A stretch of DNA of 63,931 nt, filler included, from Polymyxa betae A26-41 (GCA_003693705.1; 8 parts of 8 records of this genome joined end to end with filler, not necessarily neighbours in it); one strand, 5' to 3'. Numbered from the whole stretch's first letter, positions 24,549 through 36,987 are shown. Numbers and translations: made by a program. Notes: generated by a model from the letters alone, not told the origin.

Positions 24549-24807
24549 TTAATACAGTTGATCAGGAAGTAGCACCGCGCGTAGCTGTCCACAATTCCGG
24601 TTGGAATTTGCTCGATCAGCTTTTAAATCGGAGACCGAAAGATCTTCAATGACTTTCGCAAGCTTCTTATCGTATCGGTGTTTCAGGAACACAAAATGTC
24701 TGGGCATAAAGCCGACTCGGCAGCCATTTACGCCATCTGTGACGAGAAACACAGCGAGTGCAGTCTCCTCGACATTATCGCCTACGAGATAGCAAACAGG
24801 GTCGCAT
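24549..24807 (-). CDS. Convergent ORF 3' end, HIRAN-like motif
   Basis: DNVEETALAVFLVTDGVNGCRVGFMPRH. Confidence 0.45.
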
Positions 24808-24907
24808 NNNNNNNNNNNNNNNNNNNNNNNNNNNNNNNNNNNNNNNNNNNNTTAATTAATTAANNNNNNNNNNNNNNNNNNNNNNNNNNNNNNNNNNNNN
24901 NNNNNNN
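24808..24907. other. Artificial contig linker
   Basis: N44-TTAATTAATTAA-N44. Confidence 0.98.
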
Positions 24908-25665
24908 GTGTCGCGTATTCCAATGTTGGCGTCAAGTCTTGACAAGACAGGTTTCCTAACAGGGGAAGCTGCAGTCACCGGTTCCGATCTCAACAATGTT
25001 CCATGAGCTCCTGCCGGAGACATGATAAGTCTTTCTCTCCCGTCCGAAGGGCAAACGTCACCGATATCGAAGCAGAAGACGGTCTGCTGAGGCCCGTCAC
25101 AGTCGTTTCCGGCGTTTGCTTTCTACCACATCATCTGGTCAGTGTGCACTGTCAGGCTCAGACCGTCGTCGTCGTCGGTCGCGATCCCGCTCTCGTGAAC
25201 ATTCTTATTCTGATTCTGACTGTCTATCACAACCTCCATCCCATCAAAGATCACGACATTCGTCTAGTCCTATGATTCGCAACACTCAACAGCCCTTGGA
25301 ATGTCAACTGTCATCTCTCATGAGATCTTATCGTGGCAGTAACATTGATATCCATCCTGCTGCATCTTTATCAACGGCGCAACGAATCATTTGAGGTTTT
25401 GAATCTAATGACCCGGAATCTCGCCCCACTAAACGCTCCTTCAGGAGCTACGATTAACGAGAATAGAATCTCAGCGTTTGTAATGTAGAATGAAACAAAG
25501 ACAAATATCTTTGGTTTGCTGGACACCTTCCTGACCTTTGGGCATTTGCTGGATTCGGTGAACAAATTTGCCCAGGAAAGAGCGTTCTTGATTGCTAGAA
25601 CAAGGCATAAGATGGATAAAGCACGGCTTGTTGCTTAATTATCGCGAGAAAATGTTATCCAAAGA

Positions 25666-27124
25666 CACCGGAACTGCGCAGCTCTTCTTTTGCCTGCCTT
25701 TTGACATGCAAAATTCCCCACAAAAAAAGCATGCTACGGAACGCTGTTTTTTGAATTCCAAATGCATTGGATGGCAAACCAAATGCATGTATCGCCAGGT
25801 CTGCGGAAGCGCAGTTTTGTAGTTGAAATGGCGGCAATTTTCAAACAAATGCATTATATTCCAGATTAACGTTTGCAGGGTATTTCAGCGCCTATGGCAG
25901 TAAAAAGCAGTTAATGAATGCATTTTTAAGCGATTATCAAATTGCATCTATTGGTAAATCTATAATTTGAAGAAAGCATAGCAACGAATATTTTACAACC
26001 AAGCGACTAGCTTTATTTCAAATCCTTTTTAGTGAATGACTAATGGGGCATTGCATTTAGATCAACAGTTTGTTATAGTTGCTGATTTTGCTCTGGCCAA
26101 TATATTATAGATACAGGATTCTTTGCATGTTACCTTCTTCTTGCATCGATCATGTAGGCGTCTTTGGTATGTTTTTCATGCCAATTTGCAGTAGCTAGGA
26201 AAGCAGAGGGTCTTCCATTATTTCAGGAGACCGGCTGTCGCCTAACGCTCTGTTTGCCTGCGGGCAGAGGGTCATCCATTATTTCAAGAGACCGGCTGTC
26301 ACCGTACACTCTGCCTTCTCTACGTGTTAGCAATCAATTGCAATCTTTGTTGTAGCTAGGTAACCAGAGGGTCGTCCGTTATTTCAGGAGACCGGCTGTC
26401 GTCGTACACTCTGCCTTGGCAACAAGATCGTTACTTGCGAGTAGATCTAGACCACCATGAAATGCTTTCGTTGTGTATGTTAACAGTAAGACGACCACGA
26501 TATAATGAAAATGCATTGGCAACGTCGTCCTTGCGCACCTTCACAGTCCGAGAAAACGCTGAATTTTTCAAGAACTAGCTTGAAAAATGGAGACTGCAGC
26601 AGCTGGCTCAATGGTAATTTTTGTTCAAGATGAAAAATCTATAGCAAAAGTGCAGCTCCTATCTGAAGAGAGCAATCCGAAGAAACATCGCGAGTCGATC
26701 CATAATCATTCGATAGATTTGGAAACGCAACGGTTTGTCAAAATTTGCCAATTATTGACTAAGGAGACTCCTCCCTTTGTCTCAACTGATGGTTACAACG
26801 AAGAAATCGCTGTAAAGGTTTACGGTTCGTTGCTAAACTTGAAAATCTTCAATTTAGCGTTAGACGACCAGGTCAATTTTTAAATACAAATTTTTTACTC
26901 ACTCGTATGTAATTGCAGCCAAACGCGCCAAGAATACTGAAAAGCTGACAAAATCAAATCGAGATGCTTACTGGCCCAGACACCTCTGGCGTGATCATCT
27001 AAAAGATGCCATCATGACTTCTGAACTTGGTGAGGAATTTGGTATAATACACGGCAATGGCAAGCCTAGAGAAAGGAACGAAATGTCTTGATTGGTTCGC
27101 AATCCGATCCGAAAGCACAAGTAT
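25666..27124 (+). mobile_element. Putative CMC/EnSpm-like element A with decayed TnpA-like gene
   Basis: Starts CACCGGAACTGCGCAG; ORF 26587-26883 plus a downstream RDAYWPRHLWRDH exon. Confidence 0.5.
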
Positions 27125-28946
27125 CACCGGAACTGCGCAGACCTGCGTTTTACCGCATTTTCGGACCTGCGAATTTTCACGTCCATTTTGCAAGCTCACG
27201 CAGAATTTTGCACGTCGAAATGCGTGAAATCGCCGATTCTGCTGACAGATATTTGCGGAGCATTGCAGATATTTGCATGAGCATCTGCGTAAAATTTACA
27301 TATCCAAAACGCATGTAATCACCGAATAATTGCAGAGAAACGCATTCAGGATAAATTAAATTTTTACAATAAATCGCAGCTATCTCTAATCAATCAATCT
27401 CGAACAAAGTAAAGTAATATCTGTTTTGAAGTTTATTGGTCAAAGTTATTCTCAGCCTAGCCAGATCAGCCAATACATCACCCGTAAGGAATCCAATTAA
27501 AATTGCCAAGAATCTCTTTCATATGCAATATAAGTAATCCCGACAAGAATACTTGCTTTCAGGCGGCTGTTACAGGTTCTATCATTTTCCAAGAAAGTCA
27601 AAAGAACGTAAAACACAAACCACTGGTCATCATTTTGTCCAGGAGACCGGCCGTTTCACAGGTAGCTGTACAATTGGTACGTAAGATTCTACAGCTCTAT
27701 GCCGACAGCAGCCAAGATCCACCGGTATTAAGCACCCTAAAACGGGCCGTATGGATTATACACTTGTCTTGAATAGACATCGGAAAAGAGCATGTAGACT
27801 TTCTGATACCATTGCAGGATGGCCCAGGTAACGGCTTCAGACCTACAAGTAGGCGTGAAGAGAAGAGGGGTCATCCATAATTTCAGGAGACCGGCCTCCA
27901 GTACCCGGAAGCCGTACACCTCTTCTCTTCAATGTGAGGGGTCACCCATTATTTCAGGAGACCGGCCCTCGCGACAGAGGGCCGTACACCTCATCATATC
28001 GCCTCTAGTCATAGCCGGGCCCAGGCGCAATACTTGATCTTGGTGTGAAGTCGACAGTAAAAGGTGAAAGGAATGAGGACAAGAGGGTGCACGGAGTGCG
28101 AACGGTGTCTGCGCAGCCACGCTCAGTTTCGAATCAAAAACAGCGCCAGTGACGGCGTAATAGTGCGCCACTGTTGTAATAAAATGCGTCAGTGCGTTTG
28201 GAAAAATTGCGTGCAATAGACTCTTTAACTGCATCAAAACACGTTTGTAATGGAGAGTGCAGCTCCAGGCTCTGTTGTTTTCTTCGTATTGGAAGGAAAA
28301 CCTGTCGCAAGGGTCGCTTTGCTGTCTGATCCCCATCAGCATGTTGGCATCGTTCATGGTCATGATGTCGATTTGCAGTTCGAAAGAGGTTTTAGGGTCG
28401 TTCGAGTTCTAGTCGAAAGTAACGTTCCTTCGGTGTCGACAAGCCCTTCAAATGAAGAAATTTTGGTGAGAGGAGGTTTATGGTTTGTCGCGCCACTTGA
28501 TCATCTGATATTCAAGGTTGATACTGCACGTAAGTTTATGCTCTGAAAATATCACCCAAATATGTAATAATTGACTACCTGAAATCCAGGCAAACGTCAA
28601 CGATCAGGCAGCTACGAAATCGAGCTGTCTGACATACGGGATGCTTACTGGCCTCGGGAAGCCTGGATTGATCACCCCCGTACTGGCCCTGTATCTGTTG
28701 AGTTGCTGAAACAATTTCGGATGAAGACTCCAAACAGCATGACTCCTGAGCGAATGAAGATGCGTCAGCTGCTTCGTGATCAAATCGCATACAGCAAGTG
28801 AGTAAATCATAATGCTCTTGGAACCGGTCCTCATATTGTAGCATATCTCGTGAAACAGTTGATGCCGATGCAGAAAGGCTGTTGAATCTTGTAACAGTGC
28901 AATTCCCTGCTGCGAAGGCGACAAAGCAGTTGATCCGTGATGGTTT
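27125..28946 (+). mobile_element. Putative CMC/EnSpm-like element B, inserted in or after element A
   Basis: Identical 16-bp start, same internal order, paralogous coding exons. Confidence 0.5.
28250..28946 (+). CDS. Multi-exon TnpA-like protein, partial (introns 28530-28589 and 28798-28841)
   Basis: Splicing gives one open frame: VARVALLS...VHGHDVDL...RDAYWPREAWIDH...NISRETVDADAERLL. Confidence 0.6.
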
Positions 28947-29046
28947 NNNNNNNNNNNNNNNNNNNNNNNNNNNNNNNNNNNNNNNNNNNNTTAATTAATT
29001 AANNNNNNNNNNNNNNNNNNNNNNNNNNNNNNNNNNNNNNNNNNNN
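28947..29046. other. Artificial contig linker
   Basis: N44-TTAATTAATTAA-N44. Confidence 0.98.
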
Positions 29047-30419
29047 CTCTGTGAGCCGGAGTTGAATTCGAGCATGAATTCATTTCCGCATGCTAGCCTT
29101 AGTCCTCGAAATAATCTTCTCAAGATCAGTTGCATACATATGTGTTGCATTTCGAGCATGGAATAACTTAACCAATGCAGGTGCATCTGCATTAATTGAG
29201 GTAGCTGGTTCCCAGGAGTTTTCGGCCTCTGAAAATCCTTTCCAATGGATTAACAGCTGGAGTTCGCCAGTCTCTTCATGCATACGCATGTCGATCACTT
29301 TGTCAATGTCAAAGGCTGCATTATCAAAAGCAAACTGCGTTTTGATATCCTCGGTAACATTCAACATATTATCTGCATAGAACTGCAGCCGATCTCCGTG
29401 CACTTGTTGTCTCTGTCTGGTTACAATATTTTCGACTTGAAATATATAACCATTAAGCAGATCGACCACACGATATGGCCCACGCCAGTTCAACGAAAAC
29501 TTCTGCCCATGTCTCTTCACTGGAACCCCGACTAATACATAGTCACCGAGTCCAAAGTTAGGCTTCTGTCGCTTGATGCGGTGCTTTCGGTGTGCTAGGC
29601 GCTCACGCTCGGTAGCTTCATCAATGATCTTATGCATATGATCCATTCTCATTTGCAACTCTTCCACATACTTCCGAATTCGTTCTTCTGGGATTTTCTT
29701 TCTGTCCAAAAGTACATTTGACGGATCATGGAAAACAATGTCTAATGGATTATCAGGCTCCTTGCCTGTCCATACCGTGCTGGGGCCAATCCCCCCAGTT
29801 ATATTTCTCGGTTTACAATTTCAATACTTCCATTAGCATAATGAGCGTAAGCAGTCACAAAGTGCTGTTCAATTCCTAACCGTTTTGAAAGATTTCGCAT
29901 AGTCTCAGCCATGAAATAAGCCGCTTGGTCTGATACAAATTTATCGGGCCTTCCAAAAAGGGCTCTCCATTCAAGCAGTGTCTCAACGGTAATTTGCGTG
30001 TTCGGAGTGATAACAGGCTTAAGTAAGACCATGCCTGAAAAATCGTCTCTGATAACAAATAGCCACTGATAATTAATGGATTTTTCAAGTTTTGGGCAAC
30101 TATATAACAAATCAAAATGTAAAACTTGATTCGGTCTGTACCATGACATGCCTCTCCGAGCGGGCGCGGGATTCGATGTCCCTTTCGAGTCGGCAAACAA
30201 TGCAGACAGGAAGAGCAAATTAGATTGATGTCTTCTGTCATTCCTACCCAATAAACCCATTCATTCAAAAGTTGCAATAGGGGGTGACAATGTTCCGTGG
30301 GATGTTGATTTTCCCGGATTGAGTTTCCTATCGGAAACTCGATTTTCCTTGCAGCTAAGTTTACCCTAAAACGCATTTTCGGCAAGCAGATCGGGGGTAT
30401 CAAACATCAAATTTTACTT

Positions 30420-31670
30420 ATGGTGCGATTCTCAGAAAGAGCGCATTTGCTGAGAGATCTTGATGCCGCTTTGAAGGCTATGTCTGTTCAAATGGCGATC
30501 TATAGGAATTCTAATCCTGAAAGATCATCTCGAGCCAAGCGGATCGCCTGCAATCTTTTGTCCATTATATCGCTTGCTCGACAAAGTCGTTATATCAATC
30601 TTAGAGAAAATCTATTAAAAGATGCAACAGCATTAAATAATCTCCCTTTTCGAACTGCTAAAGAGTTTATTCAAGAGGTCAGAGTTTGTCAGGATACGTT
30701 CAGATATATCTTGAGTGAAATAGAGAGTAAGGATCGTCTTTATCATAAACCCTAAGACCCTAAACCTTGTAGACCATGAAATTTTCCAGAACAACTCGCA
30801 GAACCCCCAACGCGAAGTATGGGTTCAACTAGCCTGCGCTCTGCATCGTTTAGGACACTCAGGCACGGGGGCATCAATCGGTATGGTTGAAAGAGCCAAA
30901 GGAGTGGGATACGGCACTGTCTGTCTCTACACAAAGCGAGTAATCAAAGCGCTGACTGATTTAGCCCCAAAATACAATCGGACCGTGCAGTTCTGAGCCA
31001 GTTGAACCACCAAGATTTTGGCTTCGAAGGCTACGTTTTATCAACTGATGGTACACATGTTGTGCTTCGTCAAAAGCCAGGCCTTGATGGGGAAGTGCTT
31101 TTCAACAGAAAACAATCATATTCTATGAATGTTTTGTTAACTTTCGATCGCAACCGACAGATTTGTTATGTGCTATCCGGTTGGCCTGGATCAGCTCATG
31201 ATAGCACAATCTGGAACAGTGGACTGATTAGCAAGCAGCCATTGAAATTCTTCTCACCTGGGCTGTATCTGCTGGGCGACTCAGGGTTCAAGCTAACAAG
31301 CTGGATGATAGTGCCATACCGGCATCCGGCTGCATCTTTGCCTATGAATCAAGAGTTTAACGAAAAGCTTTCAGCTGCACGGGTAGTTTCCGAACATGGC
31401 AACGGTATCTTGAAGGCTCGGTGGCAATCACTAAGGGCTTTGCCCGTTTGCATTAATTCAGAGAGGGACGTCCAGTCAGCCTGTGATTGGATATCGGCAT
31501 GTTGCGTGCTTCACAATATCGTGAACGGACGTCGTCTTGCAGCAGACAATATCCATTATCTTCAAGAAAGTGACTACGAATCTGACAGCCACTGTCAAAC
31601 TGGTGCAACAGTAGACGGATCAGAGCTTCGGCGGCTGGTACAACAAAAGGTAATGTATTTCTTTTCTTAA
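30420..31670 (+). pseudogene. Harbinger DDE transposase (DDE_Tnp_4/HARBI1-like), 5' half frameshifted
   Basis: TDGTHV, GWPGSAHDS, LLGDSGF, SEHGNGILKARW, CCVLHN. Confidence 0.92.
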
Positions 31671-31682
31671 TTTTAATACATG

Positions 31683-32966
31683 CTAGTCGTCGAATGCAAG
31701 CCGTAAGGCTTGCTTAATTTGATCCATTGTTGCACCTGCCGTCATTAAACTACCAACGAGGTTGGCTTTTGCCACTTTTGTAGCGAGTAGCTGGCTGTGA
31801 GCACTACTTTGCTCTTCCAGCTTCAGCCGTGCCTTCTCAATATCAATTTTACCTTGCGCTATGTCTGCATGTTGCCGTTGCAGAACCAATTCGTGCTCCA
31901 TCTTTTTCGCATCGAGCTCCAGTTGGGCATTTTGCGATTCAGCGAAAACGGAAGCAAAATCTTTGCGAGCCTGCTTGTTGGGTTTAGGAGTAACTACAGG
32001 AAATTCGATTCCTTTTGAAGAAATTTCAGACCGTTTCGCCCTGGCTGGGGTGGATTTTGCAGCTTTTCGTGGGGCTCTACTATCAGTTTTTTTACATTCG
32101 TCGTCACTTTCGTCGGTCGAGCGACGTTGGGTTTTCTCCTGCATTTTCTGCTGATGGCGACCGAAAGCATCTGCCAGGTTCTCCAGATATCGATATTCCT
32201 TTCCCTGGCCTGCCCCTACATCCTGCGAGGTAGGTACAGAGGATTCAACGACTGATGCCATAACAGGTTCGAGTCCCACGTTTTGGTGATAATCGACCAT
32301 AGAGAGCTCTTCGGCGTTTGTGTCGATAGAATTGTCGCTGGATTCTTCACTGTTTCCATCGCTTTCACATGGCAAGTTTTTCGACTGTTTGTTAAAGAAA
32401 CCGGCAGGAATGCCGAGCTCTGCGGTTGCAGCAGGAGTAACATTTTGGCGAGCACCAAACAGCTGATGCATCCGGCTATAATAATGGCACATTATATCCA
32501 GTTTCTCTGCAATCGTTTTGATATTCTTGTTCATATCGCCCTGTGTTAGACCGAACCCAGTTTGTTCGCTAATCGCCTTGGTGTGTTTATAAAGCTTTAC
32601 ATAGCTTTCATAGCGGCTTTTCGCATCGTGTGTGGTCCAGACACGATCTTTATTGTCAAGGAATTTGTTGACAAAATCTGCTAAGGCTTTGTAGCCTGTA
32701 GCCTTAGAAAGTTTTTGACCAGCAACAACTGGCTTGCCATTTGATGCGGAACCGGTGATTAACTTGAAATTTTCAGAAATCTCGAGAAAGGTGATCATGA
32801 CACTAAACTTGGCCAGGCTGGTGCGTTTGCGTTGGTTTTTAGGCTGTGAAGAAGGCGTGCCTTTTATCTGACATGGTAAAGATCGCGAGCGACAGCAAAT
32901 AACGACAACGAATGACGATAAGGTTAACCTACCGGTAAATTTCGAGGCGTACTTATCTGGGCGCAT
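31683..32966 (-). CDS. Harbinger accessory Myb/SANT-like DNA-binding protein
   Basis: 427-aa ORF; WTTHDAKSRY...TGFG...CHYYSRMHQLFG; coiled-coil C-terminus. Confidence 0.75.
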   Translation of the reverse strand: MRPDKYASKFTGRLTLSSFVVVICCRSRSLPCQIKGTPSSQPKNQRKRTSLAKFSVMITFLEISENFKLITGSASNGKPVVAGQKLSKATGYKALADFVNKFLDNKDRVWTTHDAKSRYESYVKLYKHTKAISEQTGFGLTQGDMNKNIKTIAEKLDIMCHYYSRMHQLFGARQNVTPAATAELGIPAGFFNKQSKNLPCESDGNSEESSDNSIDTNAEELSMVDYHQNVGLEPVMASVVESSVPTSQDVGAGQGKEYRYLENLADAFGRHQQKMQEKTQRRSTDESDDECKKTDSRAPRKAAKSTPARAKRSEISSKGIEFPVVTPKPNKQARKDFASVFAESQNAQLELDAKKMEHELVLQRQHADIAQGKIDIEKARLKLEEQSSAHSQLLATKVAKANLVGSLMTAGATMDQIKQALRLAFDD

Positions 32967-35900
32967 AACCGTGAGAAGCGATTCTTATTAAAAAAGCACC
33001 TCCCGGAGGTGCTTTTTAATTAAAAATCGCTAAGAAGCGATTCTTACGCCGGAAAATCAACCACGGAGAATCAATTTTTAAAAATTGCGTTTAACAACTT
33101 TGATACCCCCAAATGCTGTCGTGTAACCCAAATGGCCACTTCGAGAGCCTGCATGTGCAATAATGCAAATTCGAAGTGTCAGGCCTCGACATTGTCTAGG
33201 TATTAACACCCGACCATTAGAGTCAACCAATAAACCCTCCGAATTCCTCAGCAAATTGCTATTGGGAAAGTATAACTTCTGCTCTCTAGCTATCTCAGAG
33301 GTGTCAGGCCAGACAATATAGGAGCGGCTGTACTCTAATGTTTAAATCTGGGTCAGAAATGGTAGGATTAATATGTTCGCCATGATGAACTATCCACCGT
33401 CTCAATGAGGGAATATGTGGAACGGGGTCTTTGTCATAATAACCTCCTCCCCAGCGTGAAATCAAATCTGCCCAATGATTAAGCTCACCTGGGATATGAT
33501 GGATTACGTAATTGAAATCACGTAATTCTATTCCCCAGCGAATAAAACGCTCCGCTGATTGCTTGGATCATTTCACCGGATTATATATGAACAATAAATT
33601 TCGATGATCTGTAAATAAGTGGAATGGTTTTGACAAACGTAATAAGTAGTCAAGCTTTTTTATAGTATCTTTAATGGCGAAAGCCTCTTTGTCAACTGTC
33701 GTCCAATTTAGCTCCGACCTATTGAAACGGTGACCTACGAATCCTATGGGTTCGTGGTGCTGCTCATGAAATGATTTCTTAAGATCCTCAAAGGTATTTG
33801 TGTAGCAATACCGGAACTGCAAGCATAGCTTGCGTCACAAAAGACACATTGAATCATGTCATCATTGGGATAACTTAATCTGACCGAATTATTAACAGCT
33901 GATTTCAGGCGGAGAAAAGGCTGGTCATTAAAACTGCTCCATCCGTAGGACGCTAAGCTAACGCGATTTGCGACCGTTTTCGTTCTTTTTGGCTGATCCT
34001 TCATAGCCTTTTCAAAGATATCCTGTAATGGAGTAACAATGTTGTTGTAATTTGGGATTGAACGGCTCATCCATTGAGAAGCCATCAACAATTATTGCTA
34101 TTTTCTAGCGTTTTTCGGAACAGGAATGTCCGTCAGTGCGTGGATTCGGGATGGATCATGATTGGCTAAATATTCTTCCACAAAATTTAACTTCTCGTAA
34201 AAAGAAGAAACATTTTTCAATATTTAATTTTTAATTAAATTCCCGAGCGAGTTCCAATGTGCGGCTGAGAATCAAGAACCAAAAATCTTCTGAGGACGCA
34301 TGACCTAATAGATCATCTATCCAAATGATTAAAGATTTAGATAAATGCTCTTGGAATATTTCAGCCATCCGAGCCTGGAATTGGGTGGCCGAATTGGAAG
34401 CCCCTTGAATGGATCCCGTCATAAAAGAGAAAATACCACGACAGCTTGGGTCCAAAGGCATAATTCAAAAGCCTTTGAATGCGCCAAGTATAAACCAATA
34501 CCTGGATTTACCTAGATAGTTAACTATCGACTCAAGAAAAGGCATAGGCCAGGCTGTGGGTTCGCATTGAACATTAACTGCTCTCAGGTCTACAACCATG
34601 CGAAAACCTTTCGATTTCTTAACAACTTGAACAGGACTAGCCCATTCGACATTGTAGTTCTCATAAATGAGGCCATACTGTTTTAACGTTGTCGTGAAAT
34701 CGTGAAGAAATTCAGTTTGTTCCACCGTATATGAACGGGCTTTGCACCGAACTGGTTTGGCATCTGGTTTCAAAATCGTCTTAAATGGTGTTTCAAAAGC
34801 AGGTGAATCCGGGCCGAGATTCAAACGAAACGTGTCAATATATGTAAACAGTAATTTTAATAATTTATGTTCGTATTCTGGCGAAATGCCATTATTAATA
34901 GCTTCATTAACTTTTGATCTAATTAAAATAGCGATTTCTGATAAACCATCACTACCAATTTCAGGACTTTCCTTTATATTAATTCATAAGTTGGCTTGGA
35001 ATTTGCGCTGCTTTGAGTAACATTGTCAGCGCTGGCTGTCGTGAGGGTGTCCAAAGCACTCCTCGGGTCGATGCCTATTGCCATCAAAAAATCATTGCCT
35101 AATAAAAGCGTATCTTTCAGCTCATGAAGTATAAGACATCGCTGTTTGGGCACGATTACGTTACCAATCTTTGTTTCGATGGCAATATCGAGGTCTAATG
35201 CTCGAAACGTCTCGATATTTTCCCCGTTAGGTAATTCTAAAATAACAGGATGGTCCAAAGACAAAATCTCTATATCCTTAATGTTGAATTTTAATAAATT
35301 AGCAAGGTCATTTGAAATCAATGTCAAGTCAGCACCACTATCGAGTACTGCGTCACATGTGATGTTTCTGCAAGCCAAAGTATTTTTAGCTATCGATTGG
35401 CAATCAGCGTTAGCAATGCGAGCGATGATATAGTGAGAAGATTTAGGAGGTTTATAAGTGCCCTTATTAGTTAAATGTTGAATACAGAGCTTCTTTTGCT
35501 CTTCTGGGGATGGTTTTTCAGGGCAATTTTTTTCTTCTGGCACTGAAAGCAAATCATGTCGCTTTCTGACTTTGAATCCAATTTCGGCTTCTTCGATTCT
35601 GTATTGCCTGCATTGCCCGAAAAAGATAGTTTTGAAGAAAATGGTCGGAAACTGGAAGAATCCGGAACATCATAATGAAATATGGGCGTGTAAATTTCGA
35701 CATTTTCATAGAGTGCAGATAATCTAGTTGGATAACGTTTAATAGCCGGATTCCATTGAAAGGCGTTCATAACATCATTTTTAAATTTCCAAGGTTAAAG
35801 AACATCAACAATAGCGCGAACAAAATGTTTACGACCCTGTTCGCTCTCAAAAATAGACCCCCAATGGTTGTCTTGAATAAGTTTTTCAAACTGTTGATAT

Positions 35901-36344
35901 AAATTCAAAATTCGGTCACGACGCAGTAACGTAAGGTCCACTTTTAAGCTTTTAGACACCGTCTCACCTATCGTATGAAGGGAATCTTTATCAGCTATGA
36001 GATAATCCTCAAAAGTTTCCAAAAGTAATTCATCAGTACGATCATCAAGAATAATACCTGCAAGTTTCGTGCTAAGCTTTTGAAGAGCTGAAACAGCACT
36101 GGGGGCGATCATCATTCTCATGGGCTGAATAGACTGTATGCAGCCGATACTCTGCAAGACGCTTTTGTAATAAAGATAATCGTGCTTAAACGAAACGATC
36201 TCCTTTTTTCCAAGTATCTCCATCTTAGGCGGTTCTTTCGGGTTGAAGACAAGAGTCGTTCTCCGATTATAAATTTCGACGTTCGCTTGGCCGAAGGCCC
36301 CAGATCCATCCCCTGATGAATTTGCAGGAATAGGGACGTCAGAA

Positions 36345-36550
36345 TGTTGCTTTTCACTGGCTATGATGCCGGCAATTCGAGCTTCGAATTCTTTAGCTCA
36401 AGAGATATCTCGGTGACGAATTCGGCTCAAAATATAGGTGAATTTTATATCCAAATCCATGAATCAGAATTCAAAGCATACTAAGAGCTGATGGATTCAC
36501 CACCAGTCATTCGAGTCACTGTAACATTACTGAGTGGCCAGGTCGCAACA
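36345..36550 (-). repeat. 5' LTR (206 bp) of the Gypsy element
   Basis: TGTTGC...GCAACA ends, upstream of gag. Confidence 0.7.
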
Positions 36551-36633
36551 CCTCTAAGTCGCGCGACTTTGATGAATCCCTAAAACCCTAAACCCTAGGT
36601 CGGAACTTTTTTTAAGACAAGACAAGTACTTTC

Positions 36634-36804
36634 GAGGAGGGGAGTGTGTCAATTAATACAGGAAATTCCAGAAAAAGACCTTTATTTTTTATAATATATA
36701 AACTACACTAATAATCACGACTCCGCCTCGGACCGTCCTTGAACTGGATTGAAGGATCTATTCTGATTTCACCCACAGATTGTGTGCACAGACGAGTAGA
36801 TTGC
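36634..36804 (+). repeat. PPT plus probable 3' LTR of another element
   Basis: GAGGAGGGGAGTG then TGTCAAT at 36647; right boundary uncertain. Confidence 0.45.
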
Positions 36805-36987
36805 CACACATCACGAGGAATCAATGTCCTCCTTGAAGTTGTTGATGTCTGCTCCCGTTTTGTGTTTCTGCGTCCGCTATTGGACAAATCTGCACGTTCT
36901 GTTGCCGTAGCTCTTTCTTCATTTTTTTGTAGATTTTGGGTTCCCAAAAGTCATCCAGTCAGACAACGGCACCGAGTTCGTTAACTC
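36805..36987 (+). pseudogene. Gypsy integrase core fragment
   Basis: VVDVCSRFVFLRPL...KVIQSDNGTEFVNS (one frameshift). Confidence 0.8.

Larger units (their letters stand above)
23103..24807 (+). mobile_element. pogo-family DNA transposon, right end beyond the contig
   Basis: TA+CCGTA left terminus, followed by a DDD transposase. Confidence 0.75.
30279..33111. mobile_element. PIF/Harbinger transposon
   Basis: GGGGGT...GTT imperfect TIRs, TSD AAT (30276-30278 and 33112-33114); removal restores integrase TALQLL; two convergent ORFs. Confidence 0.88.
29047..36550 (-). mobile_element. Ty3/Gypsy element with chromodomain integrase, decayed, interrupted by a Harbinger
   Basis: gag 35471-36223, LDSGAD, RT WIDD, RNase H, IN (SDQ, ANGSIE), WRGPY, LIHWKGF...SWEP. 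Confidence 0.92.

Noticed and set aside
24908-25650. Arg/Ser-rich ORF suggesting an SR protein or DIRS gag
   Set aside because: Low complexity only, interrupted, no domain recognised
26205-27990. CRISPR-like repeat-spacer array
   Set aside because: Irregular spacing, related spacers, eukaryotic intron context, no cas genes
32987-33020. Bacterial rho-independent terminator
   Set aside because: Lies in the subterminal region of a eukaryotic Harbinger, upstream of an ORF start
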